From IMG/VR virus record IMGVR_UViG_3300031951_000099: a stretch of 64,000 nucleotides of DNA, one strand, 5' to 3'. Both the position numbers and the translations under genes were made by a program. This document shows positions 28,368 to 37,620 of the stretch, piece by piece. The notes below the pieces were generated by a model. It worked only from the letters and a program-made list of their open reading frames with translations, was not told the DNA's origin and did not search any database. Numbering within the stretch: position 1 is the first letter of the stretch; every line of letters starts with the position of its first letter. The stretch comes from an uncultured virus (IMG/VR IMGVR_UViG_3300031951_000099). Lineage: Duplodnaviria; Heunggongvirae; Uroviricota; Caudoviricetes.

Positions 28368-29942
28368 ATGTCAGATGTACAAGAATTTATCAACGAAGCA
28401 GGTAGTGCACATAAGCACGTCATTGATCAAACCCGCAAATTAGCAGGTAAGTGGGAACGTTCAGGTCTTTTGGAAGGGTTGAAGGGATATGATCGTCAAG
28501 GTATGGCGGTTATGTTGGAAAACCAAGCAACGCAACTTCTCCAAGAAAACAGTAAGACAAACTCAGCCGGAACAAGTGGTGAACAATGGGCAGGTGTTGC
28601 ACTTCCATTAGTTCGTAAGGTTTTCGGAAGCATTGCAAGTAAGAACTTCGTCTCAGTTCAACCAATGAACCTCCCAGCCGGACTTGTTTTCTACATGGAT
28701 TTCAAGTATGGCAACACACGTAACGGACAAACGTCTGCTACATCACTCTATGGAACAGCTGCAAGTTCAACGTGGGGTGGATTTGGAAACACGGATGCGG
28801 GTGGTTTGTATGGTGCAGGACGGTTTGGATACTCCATTAACAACGCAACAACAAGTTCACTTGCAGTAACTTCAGCATCGGTTTCATTTGCTGATGTAAA
28901 TTTCAACGATACATACGTTGCAACCGGTTCATTGAAGAAATACACAGTAAGTGCAGGTGTATTACCAAATGCTGATTGGTTAGCAGTACGTACATTCGTA
29001 CCAAGTGGTTCAGGAATTGATTTTGGTGCATTGGTTCTTCCTGAATTTACCAAGTATGATGGAACAAACGTAACCTTCATCGTCAATAGTTCATTCGGTG
29101 GTGTTGCCCCTCTCCAAGCAGTAACATGGGTCAAGCAACCAACCGATACAACACGTGGTGATTTTGAAGATCGTGATGGTTCAACTGATTTGAACATTCC
29201 ACAAATTGATTTGGAACTCAAGAGTGAAACCATCGTTGCCAAGACACGTAAGTTGAAGGCGGTATGGTCACCAGAACTTGCACAAGACTTGAATGCATAC
29301 CACTCAGTTGATGCAGAAGCAGAATTGACCAGTATGTTGTCAGACTATGTTGCAACAGAAATTGACCTTGAAATTCTTGACATGTTGATCAATGCAGCAC
29401 AAACAACCGAATACTGGTCAGCAGAAATCGGTTCAACATGGAACGGTTCAGCATTTGCCGCTTCATCCTTCACAGGAACAGCATGGACCAACATGACCTG
29501 GTTCCAAACACTTGGTCAGAAGATGCAAAAGGTCAGTAACCGTATCCACCAACTCACAATGCGTGGTGGTGCAAACTTTGCAGTGGTTTCACCAACGGTT
29601 GCAACAATTCTCGAAACCATCCCTGGCTTCCAAGCTGGAACAGATGGTGACAAGATGGAATTTGCTGCTGGTGTAACCAAGATTGGTTCATTCCAAAACC
29701 GTTACACCGTATACAAGAACCCATATATGAAGGAAAATGTTCTTCTTATGGGCTTCCGTGGTTCACAATTCTTGGAAACTGGTGCAGTCTATGCCCCATA
29801 CATTCCATTGATCATGACACCACTTGTGTACGATCCAAACAACTTCACGCCACGCCGTGGTGTGATGACACGTTACGCAAAGAAGATCGTCCGTCCAGAA
29901 TTCTTCGGCAAGATCTACATCGACAAGCTTGCACAAGTCTAA
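28368..29942 (+). CDS. gp23: Major capsid protein (T4 gp23-like)
   Basis: VQPMNLPAGLVFY, AKTRKLKAVWSPELAQDLNAYHSVDAEAEL, YAPYIPL, DPNNFTPRRGVMTRYA. Confidence 0.97.
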   Translation: MSDVQEFINEAGSAHKHVIDQTRKLAGKWERSGLLEGLKGYDRQGMAVMLENQATQLLQENSKTNSAGTSGEQWAGVALPLVRKVFGSIASKNFVSVQPMNLPAGLVFYMDFKYGNTRNGQTSATSLYGTAASSTWGGFGNTDAGGLYGAGRFGYSINNATTSSLAVTSASVSFADVNFNDTYVATGSLKKYTVSAGVLPNADWLAVRTFVPSGSGIDFGALVLPEFTKYDGTNVTFIVNSSFGGVAPLQAVTWVKQPTDTTRGDFEDRDGSTDLNIPQIDLELKSETIVAKTRKLKAVWSPELAQDLNAYHSVDAEAELTSMLSDYVATEIDLEILDMLINAAQTTEYWSAEIGSTWNGSAFAASSFTGTAWTNMTWFQTLGQKMQKVSNRIHQLTMRGGANFAVVSPTVATILETIPGFQAGTDGDKMEFAAGVTKIGSFQNRYTVYKNPYMKENVLLMGFRGSQFLETGAVYAPYIPLIMTPLVYDPNNFTPRRGVMTRYAKKIVRPEFFGKIYIDKLAQV

Positions 29943-29969
29943 TACAATTCGTAACGTGGTTAATAAATT

Positions 29970-29994
29970 GGGTGGTCTTCGGACCACCCTTTTT
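29970..29994 (+). terminator. Rho-independent terminator with a cUUCGg tetraloop
   Basis: GGGTGGTC-TTCG-GACCACCC-TTTTT after the capsid gene. Confidence 0.92.
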
Positions 29995-30030
29995 ATTATC
30001 TATAAGTCATGGTTAACATGTGGTATTTGA

Positions 30031-30038
30031 TATTTATA
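30031..30038 (+). promoter_or_regulatory. Putative late promoter TATTTATA
   Basis: Just after the terminator, 23 nt before ATG 30062. Confidence 0.65.
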
Positions 30039-30061
30039 TATGTCTCTAATAGAGGGCATGT

Positions 30062-31246
30062 ATGCAGAATCGTGAACCTATAATATTTGAAGAAACACGA
30101 ATTAGTCCTGTTAATGCAACTCCGTTTGGTTTTTATGACGGGGATGTGGAATTTCAACAAGAAGCGCCAGAAGTTGCCACGTTTGTTGCTAGACGACTGG
30201 GATATCCTGTCGTTGATGTAGAATTAACACATAAGCAAATTTATGCATGCTTAGAGGAAGCAATTACAACATACAGTAATCAGGTAAATCAATTCAATGC
30301 ACGTGAACATATGTTTGCTTTGCAGGGAATGAACACAAGTATTAATATTACTCAAAGAAATATATTAGCAACGCCACTACCTCAATTGGTTAAATTATCC
30401 GCTCAATACGGAACAGAAGCAGAAAGCGGTGGAAATGTTACAATAAAACGAGGATATATCAGTGCGTCTGCGTATCAACAAACATATGATTTGAAGTCAT
30501 TGTGGGCAGATCCATATGAAAGCGGGTCTGCTATAGAAATTCGTCGTATCTATCACTATATGCCACCTGCCATTGCTCGTTACTATGACCCATTTGCAAC
30601 GACGGGTCTTGGATTAACTAACTTGATGAGTGAATTTGGATTTGATGGATATTCACCGCCCGTGACATTCGTGATGATGCCTGCATACGAAGATTTACTC
30701 CGTATTCAAGCAATTGAAGTGAATGATATGATTCGTAAAAGTCAATATAGTTTTAGTGTATCCAATAACGTTGTTAAATTTACCCCCATATTTACAAAAA
30801 ATACAACTATTTGGTTTGATTATATGGTAGTAGGTGATAAACAAAATGGATCGTCTAATAATGGAATTGGCGGAGTAATTCAATCGGGATCAGAAAATAG
30901 TGTGGTTTCAGATTTATCTAATATTCCATATGAAAACATTCAATATAAAAATATCAATAGCATTGGACGGTTGTGGATTTATCGGTACACACTAGCTTTG
31001 GCAAAAGAATTACTAGGTAACGTACGATCAAAATATCAAGAAATTCCAATACCAGACGCAACAATACGAATGGATGGAGAAACACTTCGCCGAGAAGCGT
31101 CTGAAGAAAAGAAAGGATTGATAGAAGAAATTCGTGAAACCTTAGAACAAACTGGTATGCAAGCACAGTTGAAAAAACAGATGGAAAATGCACAAGCAAT
31201 GCAAAGTATTTTTGTACACGTTCCTACTCAAATTTTTATAGGATAA
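30062..31246 (+). CDS. gp13: Neck/adaptor protein (T4 gp13-like)
   Basis: RRLGYPVVDVELT..QI..CLEEA; WIYRYTLALAKELLGNVRSKY...I.MDGETL..EA. Confidence 0.85.
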   Translation: MQNREPIIFEETRISPVNATPFGFYDGDVEFQQEAPEVATFVARRLGYPVVDVELTHKQIYACLEEAITTYSNQVNQFNAREHMFALQGMNTSINITQRNILATPLPQLVKLSAQYGTEAESGGNVTIKRGYISASAYQQTYDLKSLWADPYESGSAIEIRRIYHYMPPAIARYYDPFATTGLGLTNLMSEFGFDGYSPPVTFVMMPAYEDLLRIQAIEVNDMIRKSQYSFSVSNNVVKFTPIFTKNTTIWFDYMVVGDKQNGSSNNGIGGVIQSGSENSVVSDLSNIPYENIQYKNINSIGRLWIYRYTLALAKELLGNVRSKYQEIPIPDATIRMDGETLRREASEEKKGLIEEIRETLEQTGMQAQLKKQMENAQAMQSIFVHVPTQIFIG

Positions 31247-31247
31247 C

Positions 31248-31709
31248 ATGCCAAGATTCGTTTCTGCAAGAGATTATCAATTTTTTCAACATATCAACCG
31301 AGAAATCGTAGTTGATGTTATTGACGTTGAAGTCATATTATATAAAATAATAAATGATGTAGTCAACGTAAACATATACGGGGAATCAACTGAAAAAACA
31401 TATTACAAAGGCATTAGTTTGAATGGATTAATTAAATACCCAAAAAAGACTGCAGCAACTGACGATGGATTTGGATATGATATTACCCAAAAAAACGTTG
31501 AATTTAGGTTTGTAAGACAAATATTACAAGATGTAAATGTATATCCTGATGTTGGAGATATCATCAAATATAATGAAAATTATTATACAATTGATAATAT
31601 TAACGAGGCACAACTAATTGCCGGTAGACCAGAATATAATCAAGCCATTATATGCCAATCGCACTTAACTCGTAAAAGTAATATTAATCTTGAGGATACG
31701 CATATATGA
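31248..31709 (+). CDS. Neck/head-closure protein (gp14-like)
   Basis: Follows the gp13-like gene; NIYGES...PDVGDIIKYNENYYTI. Confidence 0.65.
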   Translation: MPRFVSARDYQFFQHINREIVVDVIDVEVILYKIINDVVNVNIYGESTEKTYYKGISLNGLIKYPKKTAATDDGFGYDITQKNVEFRFVRQILQDVNVYPDVGDIIKYNENYYTIDNINEAQLIAGRPEYNQAIICQSHLTRKSNINLEDTHI

Positions 31710-32500
31710 ACCGTCCAACATTTGACGTAAACAATTCTACAGTACGTAACAGATATAATCGTGGGTTTGATACAAAACACGAACCGGGAGTGAGTAAACA
31801 AGTTGAGATTGGATTACAAACAATAGATACTGCAATATTACGGTATCTGCAAAATAATATAAAACCAGTGGTGTCACAACAAGGTAAACAAATACCCGTT
31901 CCAGTCATATATGGAAATCCAGAACGATGGAAAAGTGCACAACAAGATGGAGCGTTGCGAGATAAGAACGGGATGATTATGTTACCTATCATGATGATTG
32001 CACGAACAGGACTAAAAGAAAATAGCATCAATAATCCAACAAACAAATATCAAACATATACATTTAAAACCGGATGGAACTCAAGAAATATTTATGACAG
32101 GTTTGCGTTAGTAAATGGCATAACTCCTAGTCAGGTGTATCACTCATCGGTCATGCCAGATTTTTATGATATAACATATGAAGGGGTTGTGTGGACAGAA
32201 TTCACAGAACAAATGAATAAAGTAATAGAAAATTTGTCGTTTGAAAGCAACGAATATTGGGGCGAGATAAATAACTATAAATTTATTTCAAAGATTGGTC
32301 AATTTGAAAATACGGTTCAATTACCGGCGGATAGTTCACGATTGGTCAGAAGTAAATTTACCGTTGACGTAAAAGCATATATACTTCCACAGAGTACGTT
32401 AGATAAAAACGGCAACCGAGAACAAACCACAAAACTGCAATACTCGCCAAAAAAGGTTGTATTTGACACCGAAGTCATCACGGGTCCAATAAATAAATGA
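31706..32500 (+). CDS. Tail terminator/completion protein (gp15-like)
   Basis: IPVPVIYGNPERW...LPIM...PDFYDITYE..VWTEF.EQMNKVIE. Confidence 0.7.
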   Translation: MNRPTFDVNNSTVRNRYNRGFDTKHEPGVSKQVEIGLQTIDTAILRYLQNNIKPVVSQQGKQIPVPVIYGNPERWKSAQQDGALRDKNGMIMLPIMMIARTGLKENSINNPTNKYQTYTFKTGWNSRNIYDRFALVNGITPSQVYHSSVMPDFYDITYEGVVWTEFTEQMNKVIENLSFESNEYWGEINNYKFISKIGQFENTVQLPADSSRLVRSKFTVDVKAYILPQSTLDKNGNREQTTKLQYSPKKVVFDTEVITGPINK

Positions 32501-32521
32501 TATTTTGAGATTTGTTTTGTA

Positions 32522-32529
32522 TATTTATG
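32522..32529 (+). promoter_or_regulatory. Putative late promoter variant TATTTATG
   Basis: 30 nt before ATG 32560. Confidence 0.4.
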
Positions 32530-32559
32530 ATATGTATAGAACTTTAAAAGAGAGTGTTT

Positions 32560-32820
32560 ATGAAAAAGGTTTTGGATGAAGAATTACAAGAATTGAAGAG
32601 TCTTCGGGAAACATACTTGGAAATAATAACCACACTGGGTGAACTTCATTTAAGTAAAAAAATACTAGAAAATAATCTAAAAGAGTTATCCCTACTTGTT
32701 GAAACGCAAGAAAATCGGTTTACAGAATTCCAAGAAAAAGAAAGGGTTTTATACGAAAAGTTGCAGCAAAAATATGGAACCGGTGATATTGATTTTGATA
32801 CCGGAGAAATAACAGAATAA
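32560..32820 (+). CDS. Small coiled-coil protein
   Basis: Heptad pattern; ends KYGTGDIDFDTGEI. Start reassigned to ATG 32560. Confidence 0.7.
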   Translation: MKKVLDEELQELKSLRETYLEIITTLGELHLSKKILENNLKELSLLVETQENRFTEFQEKERVLYEKLQQKYGTGDIDFDTGEITE

Positions 32821-32843
32821 TATAACCCATTTGGAGGATTCGT

Positions 32844-35498
32844 ATGGCAAATGAAAGAATTGTTTCCCCTGGAGTTTTCACACGGGAAAGAGACTTAAGT
32901 TTCTTAACCCAGGGTATCAGTGAAATTGGGGGCGCATTTATTGGACCAACACCAAAGGGTCCAGCATTTATCCCGACAATTGTAAGAAGTCAACAAGAAT
33001 ATGTTACCCGTTTTGGTGAAGCCGATGCAAATCACTACACAGGGTTAACGGTAAAAAATTATCTACGTGAATCTGGTGTAGCAACCATCGTTCGTGTTCT
33101 TGGAACGGAAGGATACAGTAATACAACCACAATCCCCGCACTTGTTTATGTGTCAGGATCCGGTGGAAATAAATTATTTGCAGTTATCCACCCAAGTAGT
33201 ACTGGGAATACAATCAACAGTGTTACTGCAACTGGATCTGGAACTAGTTTCACATTATCGGTAGATACTGCAGCAGGAACGGATATTTCAAACCAATCAG
33301 GATTGAGTGTCAATCCTGATTCAAATGGATATCTAGGAAATTTACTGGGATACAGTCCCGTTACAACGAAAAACTCCTATATCTACGCAATATTCCCAGA
33401 TGCAGTTACAGAAGTAGGATCATACGGTACTATAGGGGGATTATCAGTTGCATCACAATCATTGAATGCAAGTGACGTTCCGGCTGGTGTTTCTACGGGA
33501 AGTCTTGTTAAGTATGTTATACCAACTACATCATTTTCCAATCTAGATACTACTAAGTTATCTAGCGTAGCTGTTACTGGATCTGGTGTAAATTTTGCCT
33601 CATTGTTACTAACACAATATACGGCAACGTCTGCATCAAATATCATGTTTATCGTAAGTTCAAGTTCAACGGGAACACTTACGACAGTAACCACATATCC
33701 AAAAACATCAACTGGGGTATTTCAAGATGTTATAGTATCCGCAACTACGTCCAGTACGGCATTAAACTTTCTTGATGCGGGATATTCTAACGCACATACA
33801 CCTTGGATTCAATCACAAACAATTGCAAATTTAAATGTTGATCTATTTAAACTTCATACATTGGGTGATGGAAACAGTGCAAACAGAGAAATTAAAGTAT
33901 CCTTGTTAAACATGAAACCAAGTAGCGATGTTGAATATGCGTGGGGAACATTTTCTCTTGTAATCCGTAAATATGATGATACGGATGCACGTCAAGAAAT
34001 ACTTGAACAATACGATAATCTAACACTGGACCCAGATAGTCCACAATATATTGCACGAGTGATTGGTAATAGTGCGCCAACAGAAGATCAAGTCACGGGT
34101 GAAATGTATTATCAAGGTGATTTCCCAAATAATTCACAGTACGTATACGTAGAAATGAATGATTCGGTAATTCCAGATAGTGCTCTCCCATTTGGATTTG
34201 GAACATTGGAATCAAGTATAAGACTACCTGCAATAAATCTTGCATCACCAAATTATGTAACATCACGTTGGCTTAGTGGTACAACGGAAGGATATACTAC
34301 GGAGTCTATTGATAAGAGATATTATTATGGATGGGATTTCTCTGTAGCAAATGGTACAAACGAATCGTATTTAAATCCAGTATCGGATCCAAATAACACC
34401 AACCCAATTATAGTTGGAACTGCGTTTAACTTAGAAAATTTGGTTGAAGTTCCAAGTGGATCATCATCACAGTTCTCTGCATCAATTTCACTTACCGATG
34501 ATAATTCGTTCATTTACCGTAAATTTTCTGTACCGTTCTTTGGCGGGTTTGACGGACTAAATCCAGCACGTGATATTAAGTTAGGTGGTGACATATTGTC
34601 AAATAATTCACAAGGATTTGATTTATCAACGTCGGTTGCAGCCGGATCAAAGGCATATAAGAAAGCACTAAACGCTATCAGTAATCCAGATCAATGGGAT
34701 TTTAACCTCTTGGTATTACCTGGTGTTATCTATGATTTCCATTCATATGTTGCAAATGAAGCGTTAAGTCTTTGTGAAGATCGTGGTGACGCATTCTACA
34801 TCATGGACACGACTGGATTAAATGCTACACTTGCAACGGCAACAGCAAAAGCAGGGGAAATTGATAGTAACTATGCAGCAACTTATTATCCGTGGTTGAG
34901 AGTAATTGATGTTAATACCAATAAATTAATTTGGGTACCACCGTCAGTTATCCTTCCGGAAATCTATGCATACAACGACAACGTTGCAGCAGAATGGTTT
35001 GCACCAGCAGGGTTGAACCGTGGTGGTATTGCAAGTGCAGTGGGTGTGAAGGTCCGTCTCCCACAAGCAAGTCGTGATACTCTCTATGAAGGTAAGGTTA
35101 ACCCAATCGCACAGTTCCCTGGACAGGGCATCTGTGTGTGGGGTCAAAAGACACTACAACGTCGTCCATCAGCACTTGATCGTGTCAATGTCCGCCGGTT
35201 GTTAATTGCTGTGAAGAAATATATTGCAAGTGCTTCACGTTACCTCGTGTTTGAACAAAACGTAGAATCCACACGCAATCGTTTCTTGAACATCGTCAAC
35301 CCATATTTGGCAAGTGTCCAAGAACGTTCTGGTTTGTACGCATTCCGTGTCATTATGGATGAAACCAATAATACACCGGACTTGATTGATAGAAATATCC
35401 TTTACGGACAACTCTATCTCCAACCAACCCGTACCGCTGAATTCATCATCCTTGATTTCAACGTACTTCCAACGGGCGCTACATTCCCAACGGCATAA
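32844..35498 (+). CDS. gp18: Tail sheath protein (T4 gp18-like)
   Basis: VSPGVFTRERDLS; WFAPAGLNRG; WGQKTL...ALDRVNVRRLL; LQPTRTAEFIILDF. Confidence 0.96.
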   Translation: MANERIVSPGVFTRERDLSFLTQGISEIGGAFIGPTPKGPAFIPTIVRSQQEYVTRFGEADANHYTGLTVKNYLRESGVATIVRVLGTEGYSNTTTIPALVYVSGSGGNKLFAVIHPSSTGNTINSVTATGSGTSFTLSVDTAAGTDISNQSGLSVNPDSNGYLGNLLGYSPVTTKNSYIYAIFPDAVTEVGSYGTIGGLSVASQSLNASDVPAGVSTGSLVKYVIPTTSFSNLDTTKLSSVAVTGSGVNFASLLLTQYTATSASNIMFIVSSSSTGTLTTVTTYPKTSTGVFQDVIVSATTSSTALNFLDAGYSNAHTPWIQSQTIANLNVDLFKLHTLGDGNSANREIKVSLLNMKPSSDVEYAWGTFSLVIRKYDDTDARQEILEQYDNLTLDPDSPQYIARVIGNSAPTEDQVTGEMYYQGDFPNNSQYVYVEMNDSVIPDSALPFGFGTLESSIRLPAINLASPNYVTSRWLSGTTEGYTTESIDKRYYYGWDFSVANGTNESYLNPVSDPNNTNPIIVGTAFNLENLVEVPSGSSSQFSASISLTDDNSFIYRKFSVPFFGGFDGLNPARDIKLGGDILSNNSQGFDLSTSVAAGSKAYKKALNAISNPDQWDFNLLVLPGVIYDFHSYVANEALSLCEDRGDAFYIMDTTGLNATLATATAKAGEIDSNYAATYYPWLRVIDVNTNKLIWVPPSVILPEIYAYNDNVAAEWFAPAGLNRGGIASAVGVKVRLPQASRDTLYEGKVNPIAQFPGQGICVWGQKTLQRRPSALDRVNVRRLLIAVKKYIASASRYLVFEQNVESTRNRFLNIVNPYLASVQERSGLYAFRVIMDETNNTPDLIDRNILYGQLYLQPTRTAEFIILDFNVLPTGATFPTA

Positions 35499-35507
35499 AT
35501 TGAAAAC

Positions 35508-35540
35508 GTGGAGGGAGCGTAAAACCTCCCTCCACAATTT
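35508..35540 (+). terminator. Stem-loop after the sheath gene (terminator or stabilising hairpin)
   Basis: GTGGAGGGAG / CTCCCTCCAC 10-bp stem; weak U tract. Confidence 0.6.
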
Positions 35541-35552
35541 CAAAATATTACA

Positions 35553-35560
35553 TATTTATA
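35553..35560 (+). promoter_or_regulatory. Putative late promoter TATTTATA
   Basis: 26 nt before ATG 35587. Confidence 0.65.
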
Positions 35561-35586
35561 GTTAGAAATCCTTTCGGAGATTATAC

Positions 35587-36075
35587 ATGGCAAATCTAGT
35601 AACTGAACAAGAGCTGTTCTTCACAGCATTTGAACCAAAGATGAAGAATCGTTTCATCCTATACATGGATGGAATTCCTTCATATATCGTCAAAAAGGTT
35701 GCTCGTCCTACATTAACACAAGAAGCAAAGCCACTTGATCATATCAATGTTCAAAGATATGTAAAGGGCAAAAGTAAGTGGGGTACCATGCAGATGACAC
35801 TATATGATCCAATCGTTCCTTCTGGTGCACAAGCAGTGATGGAATGGGTTCGTCTTCACCATGAATCAGTAACTGGCCGTGATGGTTACCTTGAGTTCTA
35901 TAAAAAGGATTTAACTCTCAACGTTCTTGGACCAGTAGGTGATAAGGTAGAAGAATGGATCATTAAAGGAGCACAAATTACAGAAGTTAATTTTGCTGAA
36001 ATGGATTGGGGAGCAGATGAACAAGTAGAATTTACCGTAACAATCCAACCAGATTACTGCGTACTCAACTACTAA
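35587..36075 (+). CDS. gp19: Tail tube protein (T4 gp19-like)
   Basis: Follows the sheath; FEPKMKNRF...W..MTLYDP...EW...YKKD..L..LGP.GDKVEEW.IKGA. Confidence 0.9.
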   Translation: MANLVTEQELFFTAFEPKMKNRFILYMDGIPSYIVKKVARPTLTQEAKPLDHINVQRYVKGKSKWGTMQMTLYDPIVPSGAQAVMEWVRLHHESVTGRDGYLEFYKKDLTLNVLGPVGDKVEEWIIKGAQITEVNFAEMDWGADEQVEFTVTIQPDYCVLNY

Positions 36076-36093
36076 TATTATATTAGTTGTATT

Positions 36094-36126
36094 AAAACTC
36101 CCGCATTAACCTGCGGGAGTTTTTTT
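36094..36126 (+). terminator. Rho-independent terminator
   Basis: AAAACTCCCGCA-ttaacc-TGCGGGAGTTTTTTT. Confidence 0.9.
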
Positions 36127-36148
36127 ATATTAATAACATAACTTTTGA

Positions 36149-36156
36149 TATTTATA
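36149..36156 (+). promoter_or_regulatory. Putative late promoter TATTTATA
   Basis: After the terminator, 25 nt before ATG 36182. Confidence 0.65.
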
Positions 36157-36181
36157 CTAGAGTCCTTGTAACGAGAAATAT

Positions 36182-36535
36182 ATGGCAGAATTTACAGATT
36201 TTCAATTTGGCCAAGGTGAAACGTTTCGGTTTGCTGCCACAATTATTAGCGATGACGGAATTACGGCATTCAATATAACAGATTATACATTTATTGGTCA
36301 AGTAAGAGAAAATTATACAACGGAAGAAATTGCAGCTACATTAAATATTACAAAATATTTACCGTATACGTCTGGTAGTATTATGGTGGAATTAACACCA
36401 ACGCAAACAATGAATCTCGGTTCAAGAAAATACGTGTACGATGTAAATATGACTAGCGGATCCGTTGCACCAATAACACGAAGAATATTAGAAGGTACGT
36501 TGACCGTCCGTCCTACTGCTACGAGAAATGATTGA
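36182..36535 (+). CDS. Small beta-sandwich virion accessory protein
   Basis: QGETF...FNITDY...QVR...ELTPTQT..L...KYVYDV...RILEG.LTVRP pattern. Confidence 0.65.
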   Translation: MAEFTDFQFGQGETFRFAATIISDDGITAFNITDYTFIGQVRENYTTEEIAATLNITKYLPYTSGSIMVELTPTQTMNLGSRKYVYDVNMTSGSVAPITRRILEGTLTVRPTATRND

Positions 36536-37587
36536 TGAGTGGTTCACTTAATCTAGGAATACCAAATATAACGGTTGTTGTCAGAGAAAATACTGACACA
36601 AATAAAATTGCATTAGCACTTCCTGATGTAAGTGTCAATGTTCAGCAGGGAAATAACTATACTGTAGAAATACAACCACCGGATTTGGTAGTATATAGAA
36701 CAGGCTCGTTACCTGCAATTGCTATATCTGCATATTCTGCTTCATATGTACAAACAGCAGACACAGCAAACACTGCCTCATATGTACAAACAGCACAATC
36801 TACAATCAGTGCTTCATACGCATTAAAAGCAACTACATCAAGTTTTGCAACAAGAGCAGTTACATCATCACTTGCGTTAAATTCTAATACAGCAAATACT
36901 GCGTCATATGCATTATTTGCATTAAGTGTGGCGGCAAGTGCTTCTTCGGTATATACTAATTTAAGTGCATCAAATGATTTATTTGTTGGTAATAATCTAA
37001 CGGTAGGAACTTCGGCAACTATCCCGTCCATCACGGGTTCCGTAACAGAAGCAATAACTTCGTCATATGCAATAACGGCTTCGTATGTAAGTGGAGCTAT
37101 CGTTGGATGGAATGAGGTTATTAATAAACCGACAGGAATTGTGTCAAGTTCGGTGCAAACGGTAGAGTATATCAACAATCAGATAATAACTCCATCAAGT
37201 GTAACCGCATCAATTCAGTCAACGCAAATTCAAGTAAAATCAGATACATCAAATGTGTATCTAAGTTCGTCGGTAGTCACCGGAGTATATGACGAAACCA
37301 GAGTAATTGATCCACCAATATCAGTACAGAGCTTTTCAGGTGTATCAATTGAATATACCGCTCAGAGAACATCGGGAATTCGGTCTGGATTCATCATAGG
37401 ATCATGGAGCGGAAGTACTACGACATATACCGACGTTTCTAACACAGATATAGGAAGTACTGAAGATTTATCGTTTAATCTTATTAGAATAGGAGATAAT
37501 ATAAGATTGCGAGCATTAAGTATAGGATCCGGAACTGGAACTTGGAGTATTCAATTCTTATTTAAACTGTTTCCTAACCTATTATAA
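36532..37587 (+). CDS. Ser/Thr-rich fibre/appendage protein
   Basis: ASY/ASF repeats; C-terminal domain shared with 37621-39780. Confidence 0.7.
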   Translation: MMSGSLNLGIPNITVVVRENTDTNKIALALPDVSVNVQQGNNYTVEIQPPDLVVYRTGSLPAIAISAYSASYVQTADTANTASYVQTAQSTISASYALKATTSSFATRAVTSSLALNSNTANTASYALFALSVAASASSVYTNLSASNDLFVGNNLTVGTSATIPSITGSVTEAITSSYAITASYVSGAIVGWNEVINKPTGIVSSSVQTVEYINNQIITPSSVTASIQSTQIQVKSDTSNVYLSSSVVTGVYDETRVIDPPISVQSFSGVSIEYTAQRTSGIRSGFIIGSWSGSTTTYTDVSNTDIGSTEDLSFNLIRIGDNIRLRALSIGSGTGTWSIQFLFKLFPNLL

Positions 37588-37595
37588 TATTTATA
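37588..37595 (+). promoter_or_regulatory. Putative late promoter TATTTATA
   Basis: 25 nt before ATG 37621. Confidence 0.6.
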
Positions 37596-37620
37596 GATAT
37601 ATTCTTTTGGAGATTCTGCT

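Noticed and set aside
15247..29942. Inteins or introns in terminase, portal or capsid genes
   Set aside because: The ORFs are continuous and of ordinary length, and I saw no splicing or homing-endonuclease motifs.
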